A stretch of 64,000 bases of DNA from positions 85,093 through 149,092 of the forward strand of contig MHSR01000013.1 in NCBI GenBank assembly GCA_001822815.1, written 5' to 3'. The DNA comes from Candidatus Terrybacteria bacterium RIFCSPHIGHO2_01_FULL_43_35. GTDB taxonomy: Bacteria; Patescibacteriota; Minisyncoccia; Terrybacterales; GWB1-40-14. Numbering within the stretch: the first letter of the stretch is position 1; each line of letters starts with the position of its first letter. Below, one piece after another: positions 10,311 through 19,213 of the stretch. Position numbers and translations under genes: made by a program. The notes below the pieces were generated by a model that saw only the letters and a program-made list of their open reading frames with translations, made no database searches and had not been told where the DNA came from.

Positions 10311-10535
10311 ATGACAATTGGTGCATTTTTTATCTTTATTCTCTTTTCCGCAATCCTGTCTTTAGCCGCTATTATCATAGCATTACATTTTTGGCGCTAT
10401 GGCGTGCAGGGAGACAAATCCAAGCTTTTGAGCATGATTTTGATGCTTAGTTGTATTGTGTTTTTCGGTACGGCTCTGGTGATTTTTATTACGGTACCTT
10501 GGAACTTGCTTGAACAAATCGTAGGGGGAATATAA
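10311..10535 (+). CDS. Small two-TM membrane protein
   Basis: 74 aa with two hydrophobic helices, immediately upstream of the bPH gene. Confidence 0.4.
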   Translation: MTIGAFFIFILFSAILSLAAIIIALHFWRYGVQGDKSKLLSMILMLSCIVFFGTALVIFITVPWNLLEQIVGGI

Positions 10536-10540
10536 CCTGT

Positions 10541-11089
10541 ATGATATCTCTTCACGAAGGCGAAAAAATCTTATCCGTAAACAGAAAAGTATGGTTTGCC
10601 TTTGCGCCCATATATGGTTCTGCCATTGGCTTGATGACTATGCCTCTTATAGTATTGCCCTCAATCGGCGTTCTTCTTCCAATTAGCATAAATCAGCCGT
10701 TTCTTGGGGTGATGCTGCTGGTGGCGATATTTTGGATGTGGGCGGCGTGGATTTGGTTATTTTTGTCGCTACTTAATTACTATCTTGATATATTTATTTT
10801 AACTAATGAACGTATAATTCATATTGAGCAAAGGAGTCTTTTTAACCGGGTAGTTTCCGAAATACGTCTTTCGCGCGTTCAAGACATTACCATAACCATA
10901 CGAGGTTTTTTGCCCACGACGCTTAACTATGGAAATATACGCATACAAAGCGCAGCAGAAATACCAGAATTTGTGTTTACAGAGGTACGCTATCCAGAAA
11001 AACTGAAAGAATTGATAATGCAAGAACATCGCCACGCAGTTGCTCAAGAACATCTTTTGAGCAGACCGGTTAACCCTGCGACCAAATAA
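10541..11089 (+). CDS. Membrane protein with a bacterial PH domain (bPH_2/YdbT-like)
   Basis: Two to three TM helices, then ILTNERIIHIEQRSLFNRVVSEIRLSRVQDITI, which matches the bPH_2 pattern. Confidence 0.5.
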   Translation: MISLHEGEKILSVNRKVWFAFAPIYGSAIGLMTMPLIVLPSIGVLLPISINQPFLGVMLLVAIFWMWAAWIWLFLSLLNYYLDIFILTNERIIHIEQRSLFNRVVSEIRLSRVQDITITIRGFLPTTLNYGNIRIQSAAEIPEFVFTEVRYPEKLKELIMQEHRHAVAQEHLLSRPVNPATK

Positions 11090-11091
11090 GA

Positions 11092-11892
11092 ATGGCCCGC
11101 GCCGATTTTGCTTTCGTTTTTAAAAGCGGTTTTTCTTACAAGACTGTGGCTGCGTTTCTACTACCTGGTATGCGTAAGTCTACGCTTATTTTAATTTTTC
11201 TTTTGGTTGTGTTTCCGCTTTATGCCCTAGGCAATAGTGGTATTGTTATAACTGAAATAATGTATGATTTACCCGGGGCAGATACCGGACGTGAATGGAT
11301 AAAAATATTTAATACGAGCAACGTATCTTTAGATTTAACGGACTGGAAATTCGTAGACAGCAGTGGTTCCCATGGTATTAATTCCCCACCTATCAACGGA
11401 GGACAGGGATCAATAGTTATTAATGCGGGACAATTTGCGGTTTTGGCCGATAAGGCTGATTTGTTTCTCAAAGACCATCCTAGTTTTTCGGATACAGTCC
11501 TGGATACGGTATTACGTCTAAAGAATTCATCGGATGCAATAAGTTTAACCTTACCAGATGGCACAGTAGCTACAAGTGCATACTATACTTCAACCGGGGG
11601 CGCCGACGGAAACGGCAAAACCCTTATGTTAAATGCGGCTGGGGCATGGCAAGAGAATCCTACTGTGTACGCGACGCCCCTCCAAGACAACAGCATAAAA
11701 ATTGTGGACTATGCCAAACCTCCTGACACCGATGATGGTATTCACGCTCCGCATACCGCTTCTGCTACTGACGGGGCTATTTCCGGACAATCAAATTCTT
11801 GGCCCAAAGAAATTGCTGTATTTTTTGGCGCAGGGCTGCTGGGCTCACTTGGCGGTTTGATTATATTTATGTTAAGACGCTTCAGGCCTTAA
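11092..11892 (+). CDS. Lamin-tail-domain (LTD) surface protein with a C-terminal TM anchor
   Basis: GIVITEIMYDLPGADTGREWIKIFNTSNVSLDLTDWKF ... GQFAVLADKADLF is the LTD signature, and a C-terminal hydrophobic tail follows. The true start is probably MRKSTLILIF near 11170. Confidence 0.55.
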   Translation: MARADFAFVFKSGFSYKTVAAFLLPGMRKSTLILIFLLVVFPLYALGNSGIVITEIMYDLPGADTGREWIKIFNTSNVSLDLTDWKFVDSSGSHGINSPPINGGQGSIVINAGQFAVLADKADLFLKDHPSFSDTVLDTVLRLKNSSDAISLTLPDGTVATSAYYTSTGGADGNGKTLMLNAAGAWQENPTVYATPLQDNSIKIVDYAKPPDTDDGIHAPHTASATDGAISGQSNSWPKEIAVFFGAGLLGSLGGLIIFMLRRFRP

Positions 11893-11931
11893 TTTTAGAG
11901 TATAATAAAAATAATTATTAATATTACTTTT

Positions 11932-12657
11932 GTGTCGGGACATTCAAAGTGGTCGACAATCAAACATCAGAAAGAATCGCAGGATAAAAAACGCGGTCAA
12001 ATTTTCAGCAAGCTTGCTCGCGCAATTTCCATTGCCGCAAAAGACGGTGCAGACCCAGATAAAAACGCCAGGCTCCGCATGGAGATGGAGAAGGCACGAA
12101 AGTTCAACATGCCTAAAGACAATGTTACCAGGGCTATAGAACGCGGCAACGGCGCTACTGACGGAACAGCGCTTGAAAGTTTTACATACGATGCGTATGG
12201 GCCTGGCGGCGTTGCGCTTATTATCGAGGGGATATCGGATAACCGAAACAGGACCGCCGCTGAAATAAAGCGTATTTTAGCCGATCACGGAGGCAAAATG
12301 GCTGGAGAGGGTTCTGTAAATTGGATGTTTTCCCGTAGTGGAATTATCCGAACTTCTTTGCCAGAAGCCGCAAGCGCAAAAAAGGAAGCCTTATATTTAG
12401 ATATCATATCTGCTGGCGCAGAAGATATTATGGAAGCCGTCAACGGACTAAATATAATGGTGCCGGTCGAAAACATGGAGGCGGTGAAAAAAACTTTGTA
12501 TGATTACAATATTGAAATAGACGTTGTTTCTACAGAGTGGGTACCGAAGAACCGTGTTGTTGTGGCCGAAGACGATAAAAAACCCTTGGAAAGGCTTTTT
12601 GAGGCCCTGGATGAACACGATGATGTACAAGAGATATATTCTAATATGAAGGAATAA
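11932..12657 (+). CDS. yebC: YebC/PmpR family transcriptional regulator
   Basis: MSGHSKWSTIKHQK...KRGQIFSKLARAI is the canonical YebC N-terminus. Confidence 0.9.
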   Translation: MSGHSKWSTIKHQKESQDKKRGQIFSKLARAISIAAKDGADPDKNARLRMEMEKARKFNMPKDNVTRAIERGNGATDGTALESFTYDAYGPGGVALIIEGISDNRNRTAAEIKRILADHGGKMAGEGSVNWMFSRSGIIRTSLPEAASAKKEALYLDIISAGAEDIMEAVNGLNIMVPVENMEAVKKTLYDYNIEIDVVSTEWVPKNRVVVAEDDKKPLERLFEALDEHDDVQEIYSNMKE

Positions 12658-12801
12658 TTAATATGCCCAGTCATACAACTTCGACTGATCCGATTTCATC
12701 GAATCACAAACAACCGTTGAGGTTATAAAACTGGAAGTTATCTAATCAAATCAATTTCATAAAATTAGCCGAGTCTAATTGTCGAAGTTGATATACTGGG
12801 T

Positions 12802-13281
12802 ATGCGCATACTTGGCATTGATCCTGGAATAGCTACGACAGGGTGGGGTCTTATTGAAGTTGCCGATCATAAATTAAAGTGTCTTGATTTTGGCACCATA
12901 CAAACCTCCAAAAATCTCGGGTCCGCCGAAAGATTAAATACGATTGCTTTAGAGCTTAGTATTATTCTTGATAAATCTTCTCCGGACTTAGTTATTGTCG
13001 AGGAGATTTTTTTCGCTAAAAACCGAAAAACTGCTGTAGCGGTTGCACAGGCGCGCGGCGTAATTATGGCGGTCGCCCACGGACACGGAGAGGTGTTAGA
13101 AATGACACCGCTTCAGGTTAAACAATTTATCGCCTTTTCCGGAAAAGCTGGCAAGGAAAGGGTGGGTGTAATGGTTAAAAAATTTTTGGGTATGCGTAAT
13201 ATCCCCAAACCCGATGATGCGGCTGATGCCTTGGCCATAGCTGTGTGTGCGGCTTTTAACCGCAACAAAATACGTTTATAA
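12802..13281 (+). CDS. ruvC: Holliday junction resolvase RuvC
   Basis: MRILGIDPGIATTGWGLIE ... VEEIFF ... carries the catalytic D/E residues in RNase H-like fold positions. Confidence 0.9.
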   Translation: MRILGIDPGIATTGWGLIEVADHKLKCLDFGTIQTSKNLGSAERLNTIALELSIILDKSSPDLVIVEEIFFAKNRKTAVAVAQARGVIMAVAHGHGEVLEMTPLQVKQFIAFSGKAGKERVGVMVKKFLGMRNIPKPDDAADALAIAVCAAFNRNKIRL

Positions 13282-13285
13282 ACAT

Positions 13286-13318
13286 AAAAAGCCGCGCCAA
13301 AAGCGCGGTTTTTATTTT
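13286..13318 (+). terminator. Rho-independent terminator after ruvC
   Basis: GCCGCGCcaaaaGCGCGGT followed by TTTTTATTTT. Confidence 0.65.
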
Positions 13319-13346
13319 AGTTAAACAAATAATTCTACGGTTTGGG

Positions 13347-13508
13347 TTATTCGTCTCCGCCATCTGATTCTAGATCCTCTTCGTCGGACAGATCTTCATC
13401 TTCCGAATCCTCTTCCGTAGAATCGGCGTCGTCTACGGCCAAATCTCCCAAATCATCGTCTTCTGGAGCGTTGATGATTGTATTTTGATTAAAAATTTCT
13501 TCAAACAT
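13347..13508 (-). CDS. Small, highly acidic protein (53 aa)
   Basis: MFEEIFNQNTIINAPEDDDLGDLAVDDADSTEEDSEDEDLSDEEDLESDGGDE*. A strong SD (GGAGGTGA) sits 5 nt upstream of the ATG. It is not in the ORF track because it is under 60 aa. Confidence 0.4.
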   Translation of the reverse strand: MFEEIFNQNTIINAPEDDDLGDLAVDDADSTEEDSEDEDLSDEEDLESDGGDE

Positions 13509-13560
13509 ACTGCTCACCTCCCCTCAAAACAAAAGTTTAATGATGTTTTGATAAGATCAG

Positions 13561-13691
13561 CCTCGTTAGAAATTTACGGTAACTTTTCCGGTTAGAAAAG
13601 GTCGCGGCCTTTTCTAACTCCTTCTTGTTTTTTGCAAAGGCCAAAAAGTGTTCGCGGCCAAAATCCTTAATTTCTGTAAATTTCTAACGGG
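13561..13691. repeat. Family-B nested palindromic repeat (CGTTAGAAATTTAC ... GTAAATTTCTAACG outer IR; GTTAGAAAAGG-tcgcgg-CCTTTTCTAAC inner IR)
   Basis: Read from the sequence. It shares the CGTTAGAA/TTCTAACG core with elements at 52146, 53783, 57199 and 59737. Confidence 0.5.
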
Positions 13692-13729
13692 GTCAACGCC
13701 ATTATAAACAGGCAAGAGGCGGTGTCAAG

Positions 13730-14956
13730 TTATTTTTGGCTAGATCTAGGCTTTATTTTATAGGCTTTTTTCCCGTACTTCACAATATGTTCTTTTGTAA
13801 TATCAACTTGGGGGTAAGGATTATCTGTAGCGAGCTCTCCGTCTATATAAACCGCACGCTGGGAAATGAGACGCCTTGCTGCACTTGTTGTTGCCGTGGC
13901 TCCGCTGACAGAAAGAAAATGCGGTAAATCAAAAGTCTTCCCCTGATCTTCTGGGCCAATTTTTTCAGGGGTTCTTGTTGGTATCTTTTTTTCTTTGTTT
14001 ACTCGTATGAATTCGTCTTTAGACTTTTCTGCTTCTTCTTGACCCCATATCCATTCAACTATGGTATGTGCCAATAATTCTTTTTCGTCACGAGGATTTA
14101 TTTTTTTAGTCTTCATTGCGGCGCTAGCTCCATCTATTTCCTCCTGCGGTCTATCCGTCAGCAAGGTAAAATACGTAGATATCACATCGTCAGGGATAGA
14201 CATTATTTTACCGAATTGTTCCTGTGCCGCCTCGCTTAATCCTATCGTGTTGCCTAACGATTGCGACATTTTTTTCTTGCCGTCTGTTCCAGGAAGAACC
14301 TCGAGAGCGATAATACCTTGCGGTTCTTGGTTGTAAATTTTTTGCAGGTGTCTTCCGGCTAATTCATTGAAAATCTGGTCTGAACCAATCACGGTCAGGT
14401 CTGATTTAAGCATTACAGAATCATACCCCTGCAGGATCGGATATAAAAGCTCGTGTAGCGCCACCTCCTTGCCTTTTTTTATCCTTTCTTGGAACATGTC
14501 TCGTTCTAATATCTGCGCTGTAGTGAAATTAGCAAGAATAGAAAAAAGTTCTTCAAGCTTCATCGTATCGTACCATTCGCTATTGAAATGCACTTCTAGT
14601 TTTTCTGGATCGAGAATTCGTGAAATCTGCTCAACATATGAATCTGCAAGTTTTCTAACTTCGGCGGCGTTTCGCATGCCGCGTGATTCCATCCTGCCGG
14701 TCGGATCCCCGAAGCGCGCGGTAAAATCGCCCACAAGGAAAACTATCGTGTGGCCTAGATCCTGCAAGGCTTTCAGTTTACGGTATATAACTGCATAACC
14801 AAGATGAAGTTGGTTGCCGGTCGGATCAATACCGTGTTTTATGCGCAGTGGTCTGCCAGAAAGAATATTCTTTTCTATCTCATCCTCTTTGATCAGTTTT
14901 ACTACTCCCCTCTTCAAAATATCCTGCTGTTTTTTTCCCGTGATATTTTTGGTCAT
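13730..14956 (-). CDS. tyrS: Tyrosyl-tRNA synthetase
   Basis: Class I motifs HLGY (HIGH-like) and KMSQS (KMSKS). A C-terminal S4 RNA-binding domain is present (AARRLISQRAVYIDG). Confidence 0.85.
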   Translation of the reverse strand: MTKNITGKKQQDILKRGVVKLIKEDEIEKNILSGRPLRIKHGIDPTGNQLHLGYAVIYRKLKALQDLGHTIVFLVGDFTARFGDPTGRMESRGMRNAAEVRKLADSYVEQISRILDPEKLEVHFNSEWYDTMKLEELFSILANFTTAQILERDMFQERIKKGKEVALHELLYPILQGYDSVMLKSDLTVIGSDQIFNELAGRHLQKIYNQEPQGIIALEVLPGTDGKKKMSQSLGNTIGLSEAAQEQFGKIMSIPDDVISTYFTLLTDRPQEEIDGASAAMKTKKINPRDEKELLAHTIVEWIWGQEEAEKSKDEFIRVNKEKKIPTRTPEKIGPEDQGKTFDLPHFLSVSGATATTSAARRLISQRAVYIDGELATDNPYPQVDITKEHIVKYGKKAYKIKPRSSQK

Positions 14957-15097
14957 ATATACATAATATTAACACATTAATAACATTGCGGCGGTGTGTG
15001 CTTGGCCTGGTGGGACTTGTTAAATTTTGCTTTTTGACTGGCTGAGTATAATATTAATATGTCTAGATTTAAACCTTAGTGGGCTTGGCGGTGCGTT

Positions 15098-17635
15098 ATG
15101 AGAAAAACGGTTTATCTTAAAAGTTCGCGCAGGGCTTTATTGTTTTTATGGAGAAGGGCCGCGCTTTTGGTTAGAGGGTCAGTTTTATTATTGATTTTTG
15201 TCCTCATTATAACTGGTGGTATTTTTATATGGGCAGCGAGAAACCTTCCTCCGCCCGAAGCTTTTGCTTCGAGGCGTGTTAGCGAATCCACTAAAATTTA
15301 TGATCGCACGGGAACGGTGCTTCTTTATGACGTTCACGGAAACGAAAAAAGGACCGTTGTGCCGCTGGATCAAATACCTATTTTTGTACAGCAGGCGTTT
15401 GTAGTTACAGAAGATGACCAATTTTACAGCCATATAGGCATAGATATTCAAGGAATAGGTCGGTCTTTTATTAAAAATTTGACTAACCAAGACATTCAAC
15501 AGGGTGGTTCAACCATCACCCAACAGCTGATACGTAACGCGATTCTAACTCCTGAAAAAACGTTTGGCAGAAAAATTAAAGAGATAATTTTATCGTTTGA
15601 AATAGAAGCTAGATATTCTAAAGATGAAATTTTGGATTTTTATTTGAATCAGATACCATTTGGTTCAAATGTCTACGGGGTTGAAGCGGCCAGCGAGGTA
15701 TACTTGGGCAAGAAGGTAAACGATTTGTCTATAAGCGACAGCGCCATAATAGCCGCTCTGCCAAAAGCACCTACCTATTACTCTCCTTGGGGATCTAACA
15801 AAGAAAGGCTGTTGGAGAGAAGAGATTTTATATTGAAGCGCATGGCTGATAAAAATGTTATAAATCGGGACGAGCTTGCCGTAGCCTTAGCAGAAAAACC
15901 CACCTTTTTGCCACCTAAAAACAACATACGTGCTCCTCATTTTGTTTTTGAGGTTCGAGAACAACTAGAAAAACAGTTTGGTAAGGATGTCGTGGAGGAA
16001 GGAGGATTAAAAGTAATAACCAGTATAGATCTTAATCTACAGGATATAGCCGAGGAGATCGTTTCGCGCAATGCTTACCGGAATGAAAAACAGTGGCGCG
16101 CAACCAATGCGGCGCTTGTGGCCATCGATCCTTTATCTGGTGAGGTTTTGACGATGGTGGGCTCAAGAGATTATTTTGATCTAGCCCACGATGGCAATGT
16201 TAACGTTACGACAAGACTTAGACAACCTGGTTCTTCTTTTAAACCAATAGTTTATGCCTCGGCTTTTAAACGGGGCTTTACTCCAAATACTGTACTTTTC
16301 GATGTATCTACGGAATTTGCGGCAAGTGGAGCTACGTCCTATCGCCCCGATAACTATGACGGTGCATTTCGTGGACCTGTAACAATGCGCACCGCCTTAG
16401 CTAACTCCCTTAACATACCGTCCGTAAAAACGCTATATCTAGCAGGCATTGCAGAAAGCATAGAAACGGCTAAGGATCTTGGGATAACAACGTTAAGCGA
16501 TGCGGATACTTACGGCTTGGCTTTAGTTTTGGGCGGAGCAGAAGTAAAATTACTGGAAGAAACTTCTGCTTTTGGTGTTTTTGCTACAGAAGGAATGAAG
16601 GCTTCTCCTGCCATTATACTCCGCATCGAAGACAATCGTGGTAATACGTTGTTTGACTATAAGCCTCGCCCAGTAAGAGTTTTGGATCAACAAATAGCCA
16701 GAAATATTACTGATATTTTATCCGATAACCAAGCTCGATCTCTGGTTTTTGGATTATCGACTCCTTTAATACTTGGCGATAGACCGGTTGCCGCAAAAAC
16801 CGGCACAACACAAGACTTTAGGGACGGTTGGACGGTAGGTTATACCCCATCTTTGGTAGCTGGAGTTTGGGTAGGAAATAATGACAACACGCCTATGAAA
16901 AAAGGCGCCGATGGCGTTGTCGTTGCCGCACCAATATGGAACGACTTCATGACTAAGGCATTAAAAAATAAATCGACCGAATCTTTTAACAGGCCAGATC
17001 CGATTATCACCGGCAAACCAATATTAGATGGTAATTTTGTTGTAGAAACTCCGGTTAGAATAGATCGTGTTTCTGAGAAAAGAGCCACATCGGCAACGCC
17101 ACTAGAATTTGTTGAAGAGCGTTTATTCCGTGAGGTTCACTCGATACTTTTTTGGGTTGACAAAAACGATCCTCAGGACAATACTCCAAAATCACCATCG
17201 GATGATCCTCAATATGACAACTGGGAAACGGCTGTACAAAATTGGGTCGCGGCCAATAAAAACGCTTTGGGCGTTTTGGGTCCCCCTCCGAACGATTTCG
17301 ATGATACTCACACGCAAGAACGCGCTCCTAAAATATCTTTCCTCACCCCAAAGGAAAATTCGTCTGTAGCCAGCTATCAACGTTTGCCGGTAGAAATATC
17401 GGTTGATGCGCCTTTCGGAATAAACCAAGTTTTGGTATTAACAGATGGTTCTGTTGTGGGACGCCTTTTTGAAAGTTCTTTAGGGACAACTCTAAAAGGC
17501 AGTTTTTATCCGCAGTGGAAAAAAGACGATATCACGCCCGGAGATTTCCAAGAGAAAGAACACCTTGTCACTGTTAGGGCTTTTGATCGCGTCGGGAATG
17601 TGGGCGAGACAACGATTTCTGTTTATCTGCAATAG
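15098..17635 (+). CDS. Class A penicillin-binding protein (glycosyltransferase GT51 plus transpeptidase)
   Basis: GT51 motifs (QQAFVVTEDDQFYSHIGIDI, GGSTITQQL). Transpeptidase motifs SSFKP, SLN and KTGT are present. N-terminal TM anchor and a C-terminal extension. Confidence 0.85.
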   Translation: MRKTVYLKSSRRALLFLWRRAALLVRGSVLLLIFVLIITGGIFIWAARNLPPPEAFASRRVSESTKIYDRTGTVLLYDVHGNEKRTVVPLDQIPIFVQQAFVVTEDDQFYSHIGIDIQGIGRSFIKNLTNQDIQQGGSTITQQLIRNAILTPEKTFGRKIKEIILSFEIEARYSKDEILDFYLNQIPFGSNVYGVEAASEVYLGKKVNDLSISDSAIIAALPKAPTYYSPWGSNKERLLERRDFILKRMADKNVINRDELAVALAEKPTFLPPKNNIRAPHFVFEVREQLEKQFGKDVVEEGGLKVITSIDLNLQDIAEEIVSRNAYRNEKQWRATNAALVAIDPLSGEVLTMVGSRDYFDLAHDGNVNVTTRLRQPGSSFKPIVYASAFKRGFTPNTVLFDVSTEFAASGATSYRPDNYDGAFRGPVTMRTALANSLNIPSVKTLYLAGIAESIETAKDLGITTLSDADTYGLALVLGGAEVKLLEETSAFGVFATEGMKASPAIILRIEDNRGNTLFDYKPRPVRVLDQQIARNITDILSDNQARSLVFGLSTPLILGDRPVAAKTGTTQDFRDGWTVGYTPSLVAGVWVGNNDNTPMKKGADGVVVAAPIWNDFMTKALKNKSTESFNRPDPIITGKPILDGNFVVETPVRIDRVSEKRATSATPLEFVEERLFREVHSILFWVDKNDPQDNTPKSPSDDPQYDNWETAVQNWVAANKNALGVLGPPPNDFDDTHTQERAPKISFLTPKENSSVASYQRLPVEISVDAPFGINQVLVLTDGSVVGRLFESSLGTTLKGSFYPQWKKDDITPGDFQEKEHLVTVRAFDRVGNVGETTISVYLQ

Positions 17636-17927
17636 TTATTATAATTTCCTTTACTGGCGTTTTTGGAAAGCGCACCTCTAGCGCTTTTTTTATCTTATCG
17701 CTTAACAGGTAGACTTGCGCCGCCCACTGCGCATTCGGGGCGCTTATAATGAGTTTATGGTTTCGGAACTGTTTTATTGTTACGCTATATTTTATTTTTT
17801 TATTTTCGGAAAACTCCTTTTTTAAGATACTTGTAGCCGCCTCTTCAATATTTTTTTCGTTTAGTTTTTCTCGCACCCCCAAAGCTTCTACTCTTCTGGG
17901 TAGTAAGGTCTTGATGTTCGTAAACAT
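17574..17927 (-). CDS. DciA/DUF721-like small protein downstream of dnaN
   Basis: 117 aa basic protein immediately after dnaN. Called on position and size only; the sequence match is weak. Its 3' end overlaps the convergent PBP gene. Confidence 0.35.
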   Translation of the reverse strand: MFTNIKTLLPRRVEALGVREKLNEKNIEEAATSILKKEFSENKKIKYSVTIKQFRNHKLIISAPNAQWAAQVYLLSDKIKKALEVRFPKTPVKEIIITIADKQKSLSRPHSRRDQKP

Positions 17928-17952
17928 GATAATAACCTCTCGAAGCTTTATT

Positions 17953-19065
17953 TTATAGCTTAATCGGCATCAAAAGATAAAGTTGTTTGTTTTCTTCTTT
18001 TTCTGGTCTTATCATTCCTGGTTTGTTTTCTCCGCACAAGTAAAACGTGATGTTCTCGTCTTTAAAACCTTCTAGTCCGTCAATCAGATATTTTGAATTA
18101 AACACCGCGTTGACGCTTTCTCCTTTTGCGCTTTTGGTTTCTACTTTAGTTTCCAATACCCCTTTGTTTGGATCTTCACTTTTGATTTCTATTGTTTTTG
18201 CTTCGGTTTTAAAGGATAAATGGATATCATTTAAACGACTGGTTAATATATTAGCGGCTCGTACCTGATTTAAAAAAACTTCTCTAGCAACAACGAAAGT
18301 GGTTTTTGTTTCTTGGGGAATTATGTGTTTGTAATTAGGATAATTACCGTCTATAAGCCGTGAAACAAGGCTGGTTTTTCCAGCTCTAATTTCGATGTGG
18401 TTCTTATCCAACAAGAAATTTATTTTACTTTCTTGAACCGCTGAAAAAATTCTTATTATTTCTTGGGCGCATTGAAGGGGTATAATATACTGGCCCTCTT
18501 TCTGCTCCTTATTTATATCAATTTTTCTCTCCCCTAATCTAAACGTGTCCGTCGCCACAAGTGTTAAGTTCCCGTTAGAAAAATCTAAAAAAAGGCCGGA
18601 AATTTCGGGCCTAGATTCAGATACGGCAATAAGTGGCAGTAGAGATTGTAGATTAGACAAAAGAGAGCTTTTCTCTATTTCGTTTTGGTTCTCTTCGTTA
18701 ATTTTCGGAAGAAGTGGAAATTCGTCCCCGTCTTCGTGTTTAATCTTAAAGTTAAGTGCACCGTTTTCTATATACAGAAAAAGGGTCTGTTTTGTTGTGT
18801 AAAGATGTATTGGTTCGTTTGCGAATGTACTGGAAACGTCGCTTAAAATTTTTGCTGGAACGGCTACGCTACCCTTTGTTTTGATTTTTGCTGGAACGAT
18901 AGTAAAAGCCCCTAGTTCAAGATTAGTTGATTGAAAAGATAATCCAGAATCCTCCGTTTTTATTAGTATATTTTGTAAAATTGGTAGAGTAGCGTGTTTA
19001 TTCCAAATACGTTCAACAACACGAAGACCCTCCCTAAAATGTTCCGGTAAACACGTAATATCCAT
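17953..19065 (-). CDS. dnaN: DNA polymerase III beta sliding clamp
   Basis: 370 aa with a three-domain clamp-like pattern, located directly downstream of dnaA. Confidence 0.85.
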   Translation of the reverse strand: MDITCLPEHFREGLRVVERIWNKHATLPILQNILIKTEDSGLSFQSTNLELGAFTIVPAKIKTKGSVAVPAKILSDVSSTFANEPIHLYTTKQTLFLYIENGALNFKIKHEDGDEFPLLPKINEENQNEIEKSSLLSNLQSLLPLIAVSESRPEISGLFLDFSNGNLTLVATDTFRLGERKIDINKEQKEGQYIIPLQCAQEIIRIFSAVQESKINFLLDKNHIEIRAGKTSLVSRLIDGNYPNYKHIIPQETKTTFVVAREVFLNQVRAANILTSRLNDIHLSFKTEAKTIEIKSEDPNKGVLETKVETKSAKGESVNAVFNSKYLIDGLEGFKDENITFYLCGENKPGMIRPEKEENKQLYLLMPIKL

Positions 19066-19213
19066 AATTAGTTCTTCTATATAATTCTAACGATTATTAG
19101 TAGCCAGCTTTAAACAGGAAGTGATTAAATAGTTTAAAATATAAAGGAAATTTAAAAAAACATTCTGAATAACTTGCGGATAACCGGTTCTTCACCAGCT
19201 CCTTTAGATTGTA

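Noticed and set aside
14957-15097. T-box leader upstream of tyrS
   Set aside because: I looked for the T-box consensus (AATTAGGGTGGNACCGCG, antiterminator) in the tyrS 5' region and did not find it.
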